Shown: piece by piece, positions 14,726 through 28,610 of the stretch
How the letters are laid out: every line of letters begins with the position of its first letter
Numbering within the stretch: position 1 is the first letter of the stretch
Assembly (NCBI RefSeq): GCF_009914755.1
Contig: NC_060928.1
Reading direction: 5' to 3' (one strand)
DNA length: 64,000 nucleotides
Source of the DNA: the human T2T-CHM13v2.0 reference genome, Homo sapiens
Program-made: the position numbers and the translations under genes
The notes under the pieces: model-generated
Told to the model about the DNA's origin: nothing
What the model saw: only the letters and a program-made list of their open reading frames with translations
Database searches by the model: none

Positions 14726-15211
14726 AAGACAATATTCTCTTCCTATGTAAGAGCAGCAGTCTCTGTCACAGAGGCTAAGACCATCAGAGCTTGAGGGCAC
14801 AAAGGGAAATTCTACTTGGAACCTGGCATATCAAACCTGAAAATTCAGAACTTATACTTTGGTTAGATACAGAGAAAATGCACGTGTGCTCTCTACAGTA
14901 GATGTAACAAATCTCTTGAGTTTATTAGATACATAGCTCTCAATTTAGACAAGTTTTCTGAAATATATACCTTAATTTCTCAATTGGCAATTAATTTCAT
15001 CTTGCTTTCACAGTCTTACTGACATTATTCTGCTTGTAATAAATTTGATTATCTTGTTGAATAGGTATAGACAGTTTATTTTCTGGAGGCCTCTAGAAAG
15101 AGACCTTGAGGAGAATTATGGATTGATATTTTTATATAACGTAGGGAAATTATGTGGATTTTAACTGGGTCCATTATACCATTGGCTTGAGAGGTGATGT
15201 GATATTAATAA

Positions 15212-15445
15212 GAACTAACATTTTTTGAGCATTTTTTCTGTCCTAGGCACTGTTGTAAGTACTTTACATAAATTGCTCATTTAATCCTCCCAATAGTACT
15301 GAAGCAAGTAGTTTTATTATTTTTATTTTATAAGTGAAAAAACAGTGGCCCAGGGAGGCTAAGTAGCTTAGCCCAAATCATAGAGTCACTCAGTGCTGGG
15401 GCTGAGTTAGAACGTAGGCAGTGTGCAGTTTGGCTCTGGAGGCCA
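15212..15445 (-). mobile_element. MIR
   Basis: CTCATTTAATCCTCCCAA...AAACAGTGGCCCAGGGAGGCTAAGTAGCTTAGCCCAA. Confidence 0.75.
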
Positions 15446-15789
15446 CATCCCTAACGAAGGTGAAGGTAGACTTTGGACAAAGCCATGGCCTTTGACTTTC
15501 ATTTCTTTTAAGAAATCACATGATGCTGCATTTGTGAACAGTTATGCAAATCCATTCAGAAAACATTTGCAAATCATCTGACTGGAGATTTAAAAAAAAT
15601 CCTTGAAATAGCATCTTTGCCTTCAAAGACTTTGTTATTTAGTAAAGGTATTAAAATAAGAACATAACTAGACTATAAGGCAAATAATGGATAAATAGAT
15701 GAGGAACTACGAAATGGGAAACCTCAGGGAAGGGCAAGAAAGAGAAAGATATTTTGAAAATAGGAGGCAATTAATAAGTATGTTGATAA

Positions 15790-15957
15790 GATGACTAAAA
15801 CAGTATAATTGGATTGTTTGTAACACAAAGAAAGGATAAATGCTTGAGATGATGGACCCCATTTACCCTGATGTAATTATTATGCATCGTATGCTTGTAT
15901 CAAAACTTCTTATGTACCTCATACACCTGCTATGTACCCACAAAATTTTTAAAAAAA
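15790..15957 (+). mobile_element. L1MA 3'-end fragment
   Basis: GGATAAATGCTTGAGATGATGGACCCCATTTACCCTGATG...TATGTACCCACAAAA plus A-rich end. Confidence 0.8.
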
Positions 15958-16270
15958 TGGATGCATAGTATCTCACTCGATGAAAGGAAGAACTTGTAAC
16001 AAGCCAATCTCCTTCTTTTTGCACATTAATCTTGCTTCCAATTTATTTGCTACTACAAAATGATTAAAATGAGTGACTTGTAAAAAAACCAAATAAATAT
16101 GTTGAAATTAAATCAAAGTTTGAACAGATCTTGAGAGGTACCTAGTAATTGAATAGGGGTGGAATAATACTAATCACATATGTGCAGGAAACAGCACATA
16201 GTTCAGTTTGGGTTTGGGCAAGGAGAGAGTAGGAGCCAAGGCTGGAAAGGTGAGTTAAAGATGGATTGTG

Positions 16271-16602
<332 letters not shown>

Positions 16603-16992
16603 CTAAGGAAGCTGAACTCTTTCCTGAGACAATGGGAAGGAACTGACAGTGTTTAAATAGTGTACTTGAGTGGAATGACTTTGCATGAACTTATATGAAC
16701 TTTTGAGGCATCCTGAGTCATTTAGTTGCTGTTCAACCTGCTGAAGTTGCTCTCTAAGCCTCATTATATTCAGTTATAAAATGGGAAAAATAATATTGAT
16801 TTCATAGAGTTCTTATAAGGAACTAGGATATGCAAAACTGCCAATAACATGCTTGGCACTGTACAAGTTATGATTTCTGAGATACTTTTGTATCATTTAC
16901 TATTTGGAAGATGAACATGCTGATTATGGCTGAGTTTCATGGCAGTAATTACAAGGATAAAGAGCTTAAAGAGGAAAATTTAGTTAGGATGG

Positions 16993-17910
16993 TGTATTAG
17001 TGTTCAGTAAGGAAAAGAAAAATCATTTTAGGTATTTCTTTGCCTCCCTCCTTCCTTCCTTCCCTCCCTCCCTCTGTCCCTTCCTTCCTTCTTTTTTGAC
17101 AGGGTCTTGCTCTGTCACCCAGGCTGGAGTACAGCAGCTTCAACATGGCTCATTGCAGCCTCGACCTCCTGGGCTTAAGTAATTCTCCCACCTCAGCCTC
17201 CCAAGTAGCTGAGACCACAGGTGTGTGCCAATGCATCCAAATAATATTTTTAATTTTCTGTAAAGACGAGGTCTCACCCTGTTGCCCCAGCTGGTCTTGA
17301 ACTTCTGGGCTCAAGCAGTCCTCCTGCCTCAGCCTCCCAAAGGGTTGGGATTATAGGTGTGAGCCACTGTGCACAGCCCATTTTAGGTATTTTAATGGAG
17401 GGAATTTAACAGAGGGAATTAGGTATGTGGATGGTATAAGGGCTAAGAACTAAACAGGAGGCAGGGAAGCAACCCAGAGATTAACAATAGCAAGAAGCTA
17501 CCACTAACTACTCCTAGGGCTGAAGGGACTTAGGGAGGATATTTTTACCTCAGCCCAGAGACAGGGGCTGCTAAGTGGGAGCTAGAACCATGACGAAGCT
17601 TGCAGTAAGAGCTGCAATGTGGAGGAAGGTGCTGACCAGGGAAAGCTAGAGCATGGAGGAGAAATGACCATTGCTAGAGATGCCACCTGAGGCGAAGATA
17701 GGGAAGGGAAGATTTCCTGCCTTTTCCACACCTCCTGCCCCAGTCTTCGCCCAAGTCTCTCACTGATGGATGAATATCAGTGAGACTTTCTTACCTGGAA
17801 GCCGACTGTCAAGGGAGCCTGGGAAATTTAAGTTCCCTTTGATATAAAGCAGAGAGGGGGTGTGGGCAGTAGGATATGGATCTTAGAGTCAACAGACAGA
17901 GGATCGGCAC
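16993..17910. mobile_element. Old LTR-like element interrupted by an Alu
   Basis: Starts TGTATTAG...CATTTTAGGTATTT[Alu]TAATGGAGGGAATTTAACAGAGGGAATTAG; family uncertain. Confidence 0.45.
17038..17378 (-). mobile_element. AluJ-like element whose tail has become a CCTT/CCCT repeat
   Basis: CAGCCTCGACCTCCTGGGCT; TSD CATTTTAGGTATTT at 17024-17037 and 17379-17392. Confidence 0.9.
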
Positions 17911-17937
17911 AGATAGAATTCTAATTGACTATAAAAA

Positions 17938-18110
17938 TCTGCACAGTCAATATGGTAGCCACTAGTCAGGTGTGACTATTTAACTTTAAATTGAAATAGT
18001 TGAATTAAAAATTCAGTTTCTCAGTGCACTAGCTGTATTACAAATACTCAATATTCACATGTGACTAGTGGCTACCATATTGCATAGCGCAGATGTAGAA
18101 TATTTTGATC
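17938..18110. mobile_element. MER3/MER33-like hAT-Charlie element
   Basis: Internal inverted repeat AATATGGTAGCCACTAGTCA / TGACTAGTGGCTACCATATT. Confidence 0.75.
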
Positions 18111-18834
18111 GTTGATCATGACATGCTACGTGAGCCCCAGGTTTGCTGGAACATCCTTCACCTATATTACACGTTGGCCTTGGTCTGTAGAATGAGGTGA
18201 TGCATAGGTAAATTTGTTCCACTATAGTAATCATCTATATATATATATATATATATCTTATAATATCATGTTATAGATCTTAAATATACACAAAAAGATT
18301 TTTTTTAAGTTGTTTGTCAGTTTTAAGTAGAGATTTAGGTGTGTTGGTTATACGATTGATTCTCAGTGCTTTTCAGTATTTTTCTAATTACTCAAAGTAA
18401 AAATATAAATAATTTTTAAAGGCATAAAAGCCCGAAAGAGCCACCTGCTTTAATCATGAGTTCCTCTGCTAACCGTCAGCCCTCTCTTGGTTCATTTGGT
18501 GCCATTATGAGTGGTTGAGTAGCTGTGTCCCTTTGGCTTTTCCTCTTATAGAAAAGCCTTTTATTTCAGTGGGTGTAGTTGACGGATGTTCAGAGCCAGA
18601 GCGCCATGCATGCTGGCAAGGAAATGCCTGCTCTGATGAGCTTCCTGCTGTCCTCAGTTCCCCTGACTGTGGCAGGTGCTGCACATTGGCCCATTGGAAA
18701 TTGCAGTTGTTTTTAATATTTTTTTAAAACAAATGATCTCCGACTGGCTCTGTTGCTCCTAATTTCCTTTATTTGTTGAACACTCAAGATGCAATAATCT
18801 GGTTTGTTTATAGTTTTGTGGAAATAGGAATAAT

Positions 18835-19070
18835 GAACATTTATGTAGTGGTTATCCTATGCTAGTCCTTCTTCTAAACACCAGCACTTCCTAAGCACCT
18901 ATTAATTTGTTGAATCTTCAGAGAAACATTCTGAGGTAGATACTGTTGTTACCTTCAATTTCAAATGAGCAAACGGAGGCAGAGAGTGTTTTAGTATGAC
19001 TTGCTCATGGCTAGGAGGCAGCTGAACAGGGTTTCATAGGCTGCAGTCTGGCTGCAGAATCCATGCCGTT
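18835..19070 (-). mobile_element. MIR
   Basis: TGAGGTAGATACTGTTGTT...AATGAGCAAACGGAGGCAGAGAG...TGACTTGCTC. Confidence 0.65.
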
Positions 19071-21342
19071 GGCCATGCTTCTCTCACTCGAGTCCTAGAA
19101 TGCTGGATGCAGTTTGTTTGGGCTTATTTCTTCGATTGCTTAAAAACGACTAAAGAGGTTTTGCCTCATTTGATGGATGTTCTATTGTGAGTTGCACACT
19201 TTCTATTGTCTTTTACTTTAAAAAAGAAGAAGATAAAAAACATAAAATTATAGATGGTTTTTGAGAAGCTGAGGGTCCGTGGTCCCACTGGGCTGTTTGA
19301 TACCTAATTTTGGCCTCAAATCTCTAGAGCACGAGTACAGTGTTAGCTTACTGATAACTCCCTTAGGACATCTGTGACAAACTGCCACAAAAATAATAAA
19401 AAAGAAGCAGGGTTTACTGGGGTTGTGTTGAGGGCCAGTGCCTGATTTCTGTTAGGTTCTTGAAAGCTTGGCAGTTTCCTGATGGCTAGAAGGCCTTAAA
19501 ATTTTTTTGAGGATTTAGAATTGTGAAGGCCATCAGCAAAACATGAATCCAAGTGGCATTTCTCCCTCACATGTTGTCCCTTTGCTTTGCATGGAAATCA
19601 TTACCTTAGTTTAAAAACATAAAAGAGAAAAATGCTCAGACCTAAGTAAGAGCGTAATGAAATGAGCATGTGCATCCCACAGCCCTTCATCAGGGCCTCA
19701 CCCATGATTGATTGTTCTGCAGGACTATCTAAATCAGTAGCATGTTTTTGGACAGCTTGCAGAAGACCAACCTATTTAGCATTTTGGCCAGTGTTGCCAA
19801 AGGGGCTGCTGCTTGAAGTCTGCAAAGTTCTCTTTGTATGATAAATAATTATAAAGGGAACGGTCTACTTGAACATCTGGCTGATGGAAAGACTGACTTG
19901 AAATCAAGTGCTGAACTTTGAGTGCATCCAGCCCCAGCATCTGGTGTGGGGATACGATGGATTTGGGAGGGGGCAGTATGTTTGACATCTGTGTATTGGT
20001 CCTAGAATGTTCTTTTCAAGTTGTTTGTGCTGGTCCCAGTTGACTTGTATCCTGTAGGAAGTAAAAAGGCAACTGCAAAAAGGATTAATTAGATTCCATC
20101 TCTCTGGGAGAAAAATCTTTATTGGTAACTTACAGTTTGAGATGAGAGTTTTCATTGGTAATGTAACTTCTTATGGGTTTGATTTCCTCCTTGAATAGAT
20201 TACAATCCAGGAGATATCTCAAGAAGAAAAAAGTTCTAACATCATGAAGGTTAAATGATAGAAGAAGAGAGGAAAAGAATCCCACAGGAATCATGAGAGC
20301 ACTTGGCATAGAAAAGCAGAAGTAATTCAAACATAAACTTAAAAAAATGCTTTGAATCACATAGAAAAGCATACGTAAGTCATCAGTTGGTGCTAGATGT
20401 ATCTTGAAATTTTGAACTTTTATACATAACATAAACTGAAAAGAGCACAAGTTTTATACCAATGACCCAAAACCACAAAGCAATTTACTTTTATTAACAT
20501 TGGAGTAAATACCAGTGTTTGCTGGCTTGTGGCTTGGATATGAAACATAAAAGAGGAAAAGTCTGTTTGGCTTTTTTTCCCCCAAAAGTAACACAGCTGG
20601 CAAAAGGCAGGCATTTTACCTCACTTATAATTGTCTGGAAATTTAAAATAGACCTTTTATTTTTTTTTAAGTTTATATTGAAATTCCATCTTTACATGAA
20701 ATCAGCGAGCATAGGTTTAATAGCACACATTGGTCTCTCATGTGTAGTTTGTATTATGTGAAAGACCAGAGCAATTTTGATCACCAGCATGGCACAGCTC
20801 TTAATTATCTTGGGGTGAGGTTGCTTGGGTAGCTCCAGGATCACCCGAATATTTAACCAATTGTCTTCTGTGCTACTATGACCATTCACCTCCTGGAAGG
20901 TCCCAGAGGGAGTTACACACGTAGAGAATAAGTTGAGAAAAATTCATTAAAAAAAAAAACTCTGAAGTTCTTTTTAAGGTCCTGAAGAACTTGGGCAGGG
21001 TGACTTGGGTATCAGCTGCTGAAGATCTAGACATGATTGGCTTCCTAGGAGTCACTTTTTCTTTTTATAGTACACCCACTTTATGTAGCAGCCATTGCTA
21101 GCAGAGACTATATTATCTGTGTTTAGGGCTCAGAACAGAAAAAAATGAGAAAGGTTTAATGCTTTTCCCATTGGTAGTAAATCTGTGATAAATGTCTAGA
21201 ATCCAGGACCTGGATTGAAATTAAATTGGTGGAAAGCTATGACTCCTAGTCAATTGTGACATGGCTTCCAGTTAGAAATCTATCATGAAAGCATCCAAGT
21301 AGTTTCTGTATCTGCTCCCTACCCCTCACTTCTCCCAATCCT

Positions 21343-21775
21343 TTTTTTTTTTTTTAACTTTTATTTTTTGAGACAGGGGTCTCACTCTGTCGCCCAGGCT
21401 GTTGTGCAGAGTCATGATCTCGGCTCACTGCAGCCCCCATTTCCTCAGCTCAGGCGATGCTTCCACCTCAGCACCCCCCGAGCAGCTGGCACTACAGGTG
21501 CGCGCTACCATGTGTGGCTAATTTTTTGTGTTTTTAGTAGACATGGGGTTTCACCATGTTGGCCAGGCTGGTCCTGAACTCCTGACCTAAAGTAATTCAC
21601 CTGACTCAGCCTCCCAAAGTGCTAGGATTACAAGCATGAGCCACTGTGCCCGGTCACATTTTAAACATTTTTTTGTAGGGATGAGGTCTCACTCTATTTG
21701 CCCAGTCTGATCTCAAACTCCAGGGCTCCAGCTATCTTTCCAGCTTAGCCTCACAAAGTGCTGGGATTACGGCCA
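21343..21775 (-). mobile_element. Full Alu nested in the tail of an older left-arm monomer (FLAM-like)
   Basis: Dimeric Alu to about 21655, then a second left arm at about 21660-21772; outer flanks CCC(A/C)ATCCTTTTTT. Confidence 0.8.
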
Positions 21776-22129
21776 TCCCCATCCTTTTTTCTTTACAGTG
21801 GCATCTTTTTGAAACCCAAATCTTATTTTGTCACCCCCTTCCCAAGTCTGCTTAAAATCATTCCATGGCATCCCATTGTTCCTGGGTTCAGCTGATGTTT
21901 CTTCAATGCCTTGGTCCTTGTCCCACCCACATCTCTAGCCAGTTATCTCTGCTTGCCGTTGTTCTCTGAGCTCCTGCTCCAGTATCCTTCTTCCTGTCCC
22001 TCACACTTGCCCTGTACTCTTCCTCCACTGGGCTGTGTGCATGCCATCTCCTCCCCTGGAAGGCTCTTCCCTCTTTACTTCCTTACCTCCTACTCATTCT
22101 TCGGATTTCCACTCTGGAGCCATTTTCTT

Positions 22130-22450
22130 TTTCCTTTTCTTTTTTTCTTTTTTTTTTTTTTCTGAGATGGAGTCTTGCTTTGTTGCCCAGGCTGGAGTGC
22201 ATTGATGTGATCTCTGATCACTTGCTCACTGCAATCTCCGCCTCCCAGGTTCAAGCGATTCTCCTGCCTCAGCCTCCTGAGTAGCTGGCATTACAGGTGC
22301 GTGCCCCCACCCTGGCTAATTTTTGTGTTTTTAGTAGAGACAGGGTTTCACCATGTTGGTTGGGCTGGTCTCAAACTCCTGACCTCGTGATCTGCCCCCC
22401 TCAGCCTCCCAAAGTGCTGGGGTTACAGGCGTGAACTACCAGGCCTGCCC
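22130..22450 (-). mobile_element. Alu (AluS)
   Basis: Full antisense Alu; TSD GAGCCATTTTCTT. Confidence 0.92.
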
Positions 22451-23564
22451 GAGCCATTTTCTTAAGTAGGTCAAGTCTGTTCATTCTAACCTCCCCAGCA
22501 TTGTCTGTTTTTTTCTGTCTGAAATTTAAAACAATTGCAGTTTTACATTTGTGTGTGATTATTTAACGACTGTCTTCTCCCCTCCACAAGCTTCCTCAAA
22601 CCTTGCGCTTCTTGTGTGGAGCACAGAGTCTTTCCTGTTACAGTAGGTGCATGCAAATATTTGTTGAATCAGTGAATTATCTCTGAGGGTGAATCTACTC
22701 CCTCATCACAGTGGAAGACTGGAACTTAACCCTCTACTACTGAATTTAGAAACTTGCAATGGTCGTGCCTCTCATCTCTTTGTCTTTCCTGCCTACCTTT
22801 TTTGGGTGCACATTCTGTATGTTTTAAACATCAAACTTGCAAACTTTTCTTTTGGACTGCTGCATTCCTAGGAGCCCAGAACTAAACTGAGCGGGGAGGG
22901 AATTCTCCAAGTTGCATTTCCAGCAGTCTTTCTCCTGCTGGCGTCTATTTTTTCATTCTCAGCAGAGCCCCCAACTTTCTTCCCCCTGTGCTGCCATTTG
23001 TTGCCTCCTTTTTGGAACTCCAAAGTCCATAAGCCAGTCTTGTGGGGGCTGGTTCCCACCTGCCCCCGCATTTGTTCCTGTCTGAGAAATCTGCTTGATG
23101 AGTCTCTGAACTCATCAAGTGGTGATGAGTCTCAAGTCCCGCTGCCAGCACACCAGTGAGGTCCAAAATGTCTTGGCCAAATGATCTTCAAAGGCTTGCC
23201 AGGCCTTGAGTTAAAATCTCCACTCTGGCATGACCTCCTGCTACCTCTTCTCCTCCAGTGTGGATCACAATTCCTGTTCTCCTGGTGCTCCCTGCCCATT
23301 TTCCTCCATTGGTTTCTTCTCCCTTGTAAAGAAGTTCGTATGCAGCACGGGTTACAGCCCACTTCTTTGGTTGCTGTTCCCATCTGTCACATGGAGGGCT
23401 GGATCAGCAGGTTTTCCTCCTCCAGTTTTTGTTTTTAACTCCAAAGCTAGTGTTTTATATTGATACTTCTCCTCTCTGAGTTTGAGATTATCCTTCTAAA
23501 GCCCAAGTAATAATTTTCTATACATGTAGAAAATGTGAAGGCTTCCTTCCCTATAGAATAGATG

Positions 23565-24072
23565 TAAGCCAACTGTGGCCCCACTGCCTGATTTTACAAA
23601 TAAAGTTCTATTGGAGCAAAGCCATACCCATTCGTTGTATCTATTGCCTATGCCTGTTTTCACACTACAGTGGCAGTTGAATAGTTGTGACAGTGTCTCT
23701 TGTAAAGCCTAAGAGATTTACTGTTTGGCTCTTTTTTTTTTTTTTTTTTTTTTGAGTCAGAGTCTCGCTCTGTCTCCCACACTGGAGTGCAGTGGCACGA
23801 TCTGGGCTCACTGCAACCTCCGCCTGCTGGATTCAAGTGATTCTCCCGTTTCAGCCTCCTGAGTAGCTGGGACTACAGGCGCACACCACCATGCCTGGCT
23901 AATTTTTGTATTTTTAGTAGAGACGGGGTTTCACCATGTTGGCCAGGATGGTCTGGATCTCCTGACCTTGTGATCCGCCTGCCTTGGCCTCCCAAAGTGC
24001 TGGGATTACAGGCGTGAGCCACTGCGCCCATCCAGTCTGGCTCTTCTTAGAATACCTTTGCTGACCTCTACT
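23565..24072. mobile_element. MER58A-like hAT element split by an Alu
   Basis: AAATAAAGTTCTATTGGAGCAAAGCCATACCCATTC...AAAGCCTAAGAGATTTACTGTTTGGC[Alu]...TTTGCTGACCTCT. Confidence 0.75.
23732..24033 (-). mobile_element. Alu (AluSc-like)
   Basis: Pure poly(T), full body; TSD GT(T/C)TGGCTCTT. Confidence 0.92.
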
Positions 24073-24078
24073 CTAGAT

Positions 24079-24232
24079 CAGTAGTTCTCCACCCCGAGGA
24101 CACATTAAATTAACTGGGAAGCTTCCTTAAAAAATGGCAATGCCCAGGCCCCACTTCACAACAATTAAATTAGACTCTCTGGCTGGGGCCATATTTCCAG
24201 GTAATTATGTGCAATCAGATTGAGAAGCACTG
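24079..24232. mobile_element. MER5A-like element
   Basis: TIRs CAGTAGTTCTC / GAGAAGCACTG; internal ATGCCCAGGCCCCAC. Confidence 0.7.
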
Positions 24233-24519
24233 TTAATAGGTTTCCCTTCATTTCTTGATTAATTGATGAATTCTACTTCCTGGGCCTTCCAAATTTATGA
24301 CTACCAAGGCTTAGAAACAGTTCGGTTCCTCAGCCTCAGCTGAGAGATGGAGAGATTACAATAAACCTCATGCTTCACTTTATCTCAAAAGTCCCTAGTC
24401 TGCCCTAAAGCTATCTCTAAATAGCCAGAATGATAGATTTCCTGTGTCATTTTTCAGGTTGTTCAGTACATATTTTCGGAATATACCTTCTTTTACTATT
24501 AAATTCCTTCATTATTATT

Positions 24520-24928
24520 ATTATGTTTTAATCATGGTAAAATGTACATAACATAACATTTACCATTTAAACTATTTTTAAGTGTGTAGTTCAGTGACGT
24601 GAAGTGCATTCACATTTTTCTGCAGCCATCACCACCATCCATCCACAGAACTCTTTTTGTCTTGTAAAACCGAAACTCTGTACCCATTAAGCAGTAACTC
24701 CTCATTCTCTTGCCCTCCAGCTTTTGGAAACCACCATGCTACCTTTTTTCTCTATGAATCGGAATACTCTAGGTACCTCGCATAGGTGGAATCACACAGT
24801 ATCTGTCCTTTGTGACTGGCTGACTTCACCTAACATGATGTCCTCATGCCTTCATCCATGTTATAGTGTGGATCAGAATTGCCTTCTTTTTAAAAGCTGA
24901 GTAATATTCCCATATATATATGTGTATG

Positions 24929-24981
<53 letters not shown>

Positions 24982-25088
24982 TTTATTTATCCATGCATCC
25001 ATCAAGGGACATTTGGGTTGTTTCCATCTTTTGGCTATTGTGAATAATGCTGCTTTGAACATTAGTGTGCAAGTATCTCTTTGAGTCT
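24520..25088 (-). mobile_element. L1MB-like 3' fragment containing a (TA)/(CA)22 microsatellite (CA at 24937-24980)
   Basis: Minus-strand translation [16 protein letters not shown] matches the L1 ORF2 C-terminus, followed by 3' UTR. Confidence 0.85.
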
Positions 25089-25108
25089 ATTAAATGTTTT
25101 TTAACCAG

Positions 25109-25452
25109 TGTATTAGTTCGTTCTCATGCTGTTAATAAAGTCATACCTGAGACTGGGTGATTTATGAAGGAAAGAGGTTTAACGAATTCACAGTTCCACA
25201 TGGCTGGGAGGCCTCACAATCATGGCAGAAGGTGAATGAGGATCAAAGTCACATCTTAAAGGCAAGAGGGCATGTGCAGGGGAACTCCCCTTTATAAAAC
25301 CATCAGATCTCGTGAGACTCATTCACTGTCAGGAGAACAGCATAGGAAAAACCCACCCCCATGATCCAATTACTTCCCACCGGGTCCCTCCCATGGGGAT
25401 TATTACAATTCAAGGTGAGATTTGGGTGGGGACACAGAGCCAAATCATATCC
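25109..25452 (-). mobile_element. THE1 (THE1C-like) solo LTR
   Basis: TGTATTAGTTCGTTCTCATGCTG...GGCCTCACAATCATGGCAGAAGG...GAGATTTGGGTGGGGACACAGAGCCAAATCATATC. Confidence 0.9.
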
Positions 25453-25980
25453 ACTGAGTATCTTTGATTTTGTCCTAAGGAGAATTCAGATCTGGCACAT
25501 GGTCCTTATTATTTTCACACAAAAGATGATGTTCTGGGAAGGTCAGAGGCCAGTAAGCATTGCACATCTTGCAGTTCTACCAGAAAACAGAATAGTCAAC
25601 ATTGTGCTTGTAGGTACCCCTGAACTCAGAGGCTAGATAATGCTCAACAGTGTTCCTCACTGTACATTGGAAGCATTGACACGTGCGGGACGCCATTCAT
25701 ACAGCGTCACATATCAGAATTCAAAAGACGGTGCTTGCCTGATGCTTGTCAACATTTTGATAATCTCCACTTTTTTCATTTGCTTTTCATATGGTAAAAA
25801 TGACAGCTCTTTGGAAGCCTGAGAGTTCAGTATAGCAAGCCCACAGAGCAAAGCTTACATGTTTGCTTTTATTTTTACAGGTCTTCAATTATTTGAGCAC
25901 AAATACAAAATCCAAAAAGCTTTGAGAAGTGGAAGTTTTATTTTTCTTTTAAGTTTAGTCTTTTTGTTCTCAACTGGCCG

Positions 25981-26226
25981 GCCTGCCTTTATTCCCTCCC
26001 TCCCCTCCCCTCTCTCCCTCCCTCCCCTCCCTCCTTTCTTCCTTCTGCCCTGCCTGACTTGCCTTCCCTGCCCTGCCTGCCCTGCCCTGCCCTGCCTTCC
26101 CTGCTCCCCTCCCCTCCCCTCCTCCTCCTCCCTCCCTCCCTCCCTCCCCCTCCTCTCTCCCTCCCTCCCTCCCTTCCTCCCTTCCTTCCTTCCTTCTTTC
26201 CTTCTTTCCTTCCTTCTATCTTCCTT
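25981..26226. repeat. Polypyrimidine low-complexity tract (CCCT/CCTG/CCTT)
   Basis: Read directly. Confidence 0.92.
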
Positions 26227-27433
26227 TGGTAAATTCATTTAGCAAAATCTTGACCTGATCTGAAATGACATTAGGTTATTCTTTATCTTAATGTATTAAA
26301 CTTAATGTGAACATTCATACATTTTACCACAGAAATATTGTGTTTGATTACAGAGTGCTTCCCCAGATCTTTTAGAGGTGTTACATAGTAGACAGTACAT
26401 ATCTTACCATTCTAAAATGTAACACATTACCAATTAGCTTCAAGAGTTTTGGGTAAGGCATGTAGTCCTGCATTATAAGGTATCTCGTTTTCTGTCATTC
26501 AGGTAAGATCAAAGGTGGTGATCACACTTTGGCCACCTTTGAGAGTCTTACTTTCGTACACACCTAGTGTCTCTTTCCCAGTGTAGCTGGTGGGTGGCAG
26601 CTCGGATTTCTAACTCTGGGCTTTTGTGTGTTGGGAATGTTTGTAAAGCTTTCTTATGGAGAGACCGTTATTTTTTAAGAGGTTGAAAAACTGTCACCTT
26701 ACCCTGGGAAACACAGGCAAAGTGTTTATCCTGATAATTTTCAAACCCTTCTTCCCAAAAGACTCATCAGAGGACTTGTTGTCATGAGTTCACTCCAACG
26801 TAGTCAAACAGGCAGCTTTCACCGTGATATTTGTAATGATGTTGCAGGTGTTTAGGGCCAAGAGTCATCTGTGCATCCACTGGGACTGAGGATGATAATT
26901 CCTTTTATGAGGTGGGAATTAGTAATCTGGGCCTCCTGGTAGCCGGACACTGATGTTTTTAAAGCCTACCTCCCACAACAGTTGAAATAAAGCCAAGCAC
27001 ATTTGAGTGACTGACACTCCTCCTCTTCTGTTGATCTTGCTCCTTCTTCAGGGGAAACAGATCTGTTACGTTCTTCTAGCATATACAAGTATGGTTACAA
27101 CTCAGAAATCATACTATGCTGGTCTATTTGCTGCCTCCCTCTTTCAATCAGTAATAGGTTTCCAAAGTCTTTGAAGTCTTGCTTCTCTAGAATGTCCTCC
27201 TGTGGCATCAATGACTCCCCTGTACTTGTCAAAGTGAGAGAGGAAGGTGACTCTCAGTGCGGGCCATGCTTGCAGCCATAGGCATTCTTCATAGTGTCCA
27301 AGGCATGGCCAGCAGCACACATTCCAAAAAAGCTTTCCTTTTAGTTAGTTAGGTAGTTTATTTATTTATTTGAATCCCAACAGGAAATAATTTCTTTTTA
27401 GTTTTAACAACCTTTTTTAGGATTATGTCATAG

Positions 27434-27758
<325 letters not shown>

Positions 27759-27989
27759 AAGATTTTGTTTTTGTTTTAAAGCAGTCAGGCTCATCTTTGA
27801 GCATAATTATGGGATTTTGTGTTCATGGATAATAACTGCAGTGGCCAAGGTTCTTGAAGGAGGCAGAAGGAGGAAAGGAACATCCAATGGGCACCCCTTA
27901 CTTACCCACTACCCATGTATCAGTTCACCATCCTCACTCTTCACCTTTTTCTTTCCTCAAACCTCCAACACCATTCTTCTTTTAGCTTT

Positions 27990-28610
27990 GTCAACGGATC
28001 ACTTCTAAAAGCAACCTGAAGAGAACTGCTCATTTCTCACCAAATTTACTATCTGCCCTGCATCTGTACCCATTTACTCTGTCTTCATTCCTTTGCAATG
28101 GATGATCTCTCCCTGCTCGTGTGTAAGGCTAGACCTTACCCTTGTGATCTACATCCTTTCACCCATTCAGAGATTTGCTCTTTGTTCCTGCAATTGTCAT
28201 TTCTCTCTTTCCTATGTGAGGGACTTCTCTTTCTCTACTGGGTCATTCCTTTAGTATGTGCCCTCTCTACACACCCATCTCCAGCTACTTCTTTTCTACT
28301 CATTCAGAGAGTTGACTATGCTATTCCTCCTTTATCCACTCCAGTGTACACTTCTCCTCACCATTCTGTAGAAATTGCTCATGTCAAGGTTACCTGTGTC
28401 TTCTATTGCCCCAGATCCAACAGACAATTCCCAGTTCTCATCTTACACAACCCCTTAACAATTTGGACTATTAACCACGCCTCTTCTCTTCAAACATCTT
28501 TTCTCCATCTTTTCTGACTTAATGGTTGGCTGGCCCTAGGATTCAGTCCTTGGACCTCTTCTCTTGCACACTCCATGCGTGATTTCATCTAGTGGCCTCT
28601 GACCGCATAT
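27990..28610 (+). mobile_element. L2 internal (RT-region) fragment
   Basis: GAAATTGCTCATGTCAAGGTTACC and AGTCCTTGGACCTCTTCTCTT resemble L2 RT motifs (ETAL.KV; SVLGPLLF). Confidence 0.7.

Noticed and set aside
25859-26242. Pro/Leu-rich and Gly/Arg/Glu-rich ORFs
   Set aside because: Translation of the polypyrimidine low-complexity tract
28098-28517. 139-aa ATG-initiated ORF
   Set aside because: Lies within a decayed L2 RT fragment; no independent gene evidence
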